A DNA stretch of 35,390 nt from Octopus bimaculoides. Its lineage: Eukaryota. Made by a program: the position numbers and the translations under genes. Numbering within the stretch: the first letter of the stretch is position 1; every line of letters starts with the position of its first letter. Of this stretch, positions 34,170 to 35,390 are shown piece after piece. The notes beneath the pieces were generated by a model. The model saw nothing but the letters and a program-made list of their open reading frames with translations, did not search any database and was not told where the DNA came from. The stretch spans positions 39,808,994 through 39,844,383 of the forward strand of contig NC_068986.1 of NCBI RefSeq assembly GCF_001194135.2. The letters are read 5' to 3'.

Positions 34170-34500
34170 GTGATTATTATTACTATTATTGTTGTTGTTG
34201 TTCTATCATCGCAACTGACTTGTTGCTCATAAGAACTCGTTAATCAGTTGGCAGTTGCCGAAAGCTAACCTTAGTCTGCAAATTGTTAGTTTCTTTATTA
34301 AAAATTGATGAGTCATGTTAGTGTTTCTGGTTATGATACTCTATTTTTCCTTGGCCCAGATGACCTTGTTCTAAATAAGCACCGTACAGATACACAAATC
34401 ACTGCTCTAAACCAGCAAATATTACTGCTTTACTAATGAGTATCGTCTCAAGCTGTAAATCTCAAATTGAATCTTCTTATTGACGGAACGTTGTGAGATA
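34170..34500 (-). mobile_element. Possible RTE-type LINE 3' relic with (CAA)n/(TAA)n tail
   Basis: The minus strand gives SIRRFNLRFTA..., GPRKNRVS*PETL and LSATAN*, then GATGAT and CAA/TAA repeats. The match is weak and from memory. Confidence 0.35.
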
Positions 34501-34566
34501 TTGTTCGGAGAATTTTTTTTATCAATAAACAAGTACTACTTGAAAAATATTAATATTATAATACCT

Positions 34567-34785
34567 AGGTGGCTAGCTGGCAGAATCGTTATCACTCCGG
34601 GTAAAACATGTTTTAACGGTTTTTCGTCAGTCTTCGCGTTCTAAGGTCAAATTCTAACGGAGTCGATTTTGCCTCCCATCCTTTCGGGGTCGATAAAATA
34701 AGTACTACTTGAACATTGGGATCGATGTAATCGACTTATCCTTTCCCCCGAAATTGCTGGCCATGAACTAAAACTTGAGACCAAT
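34567..34785 (+). mobile_element. SINE family A, diverged full length
   Basis: ggtggctagctggcagaatcgtt...gcctcccatcctttcggggtcgataaaataagtac...aaattgctggccatgaactaaaacttgagaccaataa. Confidence 0.85.
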
Positions 34786-35073
34786 AATGTAAGTTCTGCT
34801 TCACTACTATAAACCTTCCAGAAGAGATACTCGAAGAGAAACTCGAAGAGATACTTATAGGCAATATAAGAATTTGTGGTCAAAGATACTTTTCAGACTG
34901 GCTTGATTTGAATAGAAGTCCCACTCCCACCAAACTTTCCAAGCTCATTACTCACTTCATAGGCATTTTAAACATTTTATATTATAAATTTGTGTCTGAA
35001 TCAAAAAATAAAAATAACATTAGATTCTCCACCTAATTCGTGTACGACAGAAAAAAATCGGTTGAAATAATAA

Positions 35074-35390
35074 TCTATATCTATACTATATATAAAACAG
35101 AGGTGTGTGTGTAATCGCTTTTCACGTGAAAACGGCTTCACTATTTACTTCCATACTTGTGATACATAAATAATTTGACCTCGGATAAATCTTAGGCTCT
35201 TCATTTGATTTTTTTTATCTCTAATTAAAAATAAATAATATTGCTTTATATTTAAGATTTACTTCTTTAAAAAGGTTTCTCAATGTCAACTTCCGGTACG
35301 GACGTGAAAAAACGGCGACGTCTCTCACTCTCTACTACGATCAATTACTGAAACACATATTTACGAAGTTCATAAATTTCAATATTCCGT
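35074..35390 (+). mobile_element. Probable Helitron 5' end, continuing beyond the window
   Basis: A|TCTATATCTATACTATATATAAAACAGAGGTGTGTGTG fits the TC start after A and the TATA-rich leader typical of non-autonomous Helitrons. The 3' CTRR end is not in the window. Confidence 0.55.

Noticed and set aside
34360-34440. Plus-strand exon candidate after ctatttttccttggcccag
   Set aside because: All three frames hit a stop before a credible donor, and the region is better explained as a minus-strand LINE relic.

Overview
This is repeat-saturated, AT-rich eukaryotic DNA from a gapped draft assembly: 12 N-gaps, about 4.7 kb, almost all abutting microsatellites or poly-A. The SINE families and dense (TA)n/(CA)n/(GA)n/(TATC)n tracts point to an octopus genome (inferred from recalled repeat families, not a database search). 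I found no intact host gene; the window reads as intron or intergenic DNA, with two weak candidate exons. Nearly all ORFs in the track are gap or microsatellite artefacts. Supportable content: two decayed mariner transposons of different lineages, a Tigger/pogo fragment, about 17 tRNA-derived SINE copies or fragments in three families, RTE LINE 3' ends, gag/ORF1-like relics, Helitron termini plus a Helentron-type non-autonomous element, a 681-bp MITE with perfect 28-bp TIRs, a probable LTR, and several Penelope-like repeats carrying hammerhead-ribozyme motifs. The most interesting structure is a ~1.1-kb unit (26675-27769) bounded by inverted repeats that each contain a type I hammerhead ribozyme fold, one on each strand. 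All alignments and folds were done by eye, so coordinates of decayed elements are approximate.
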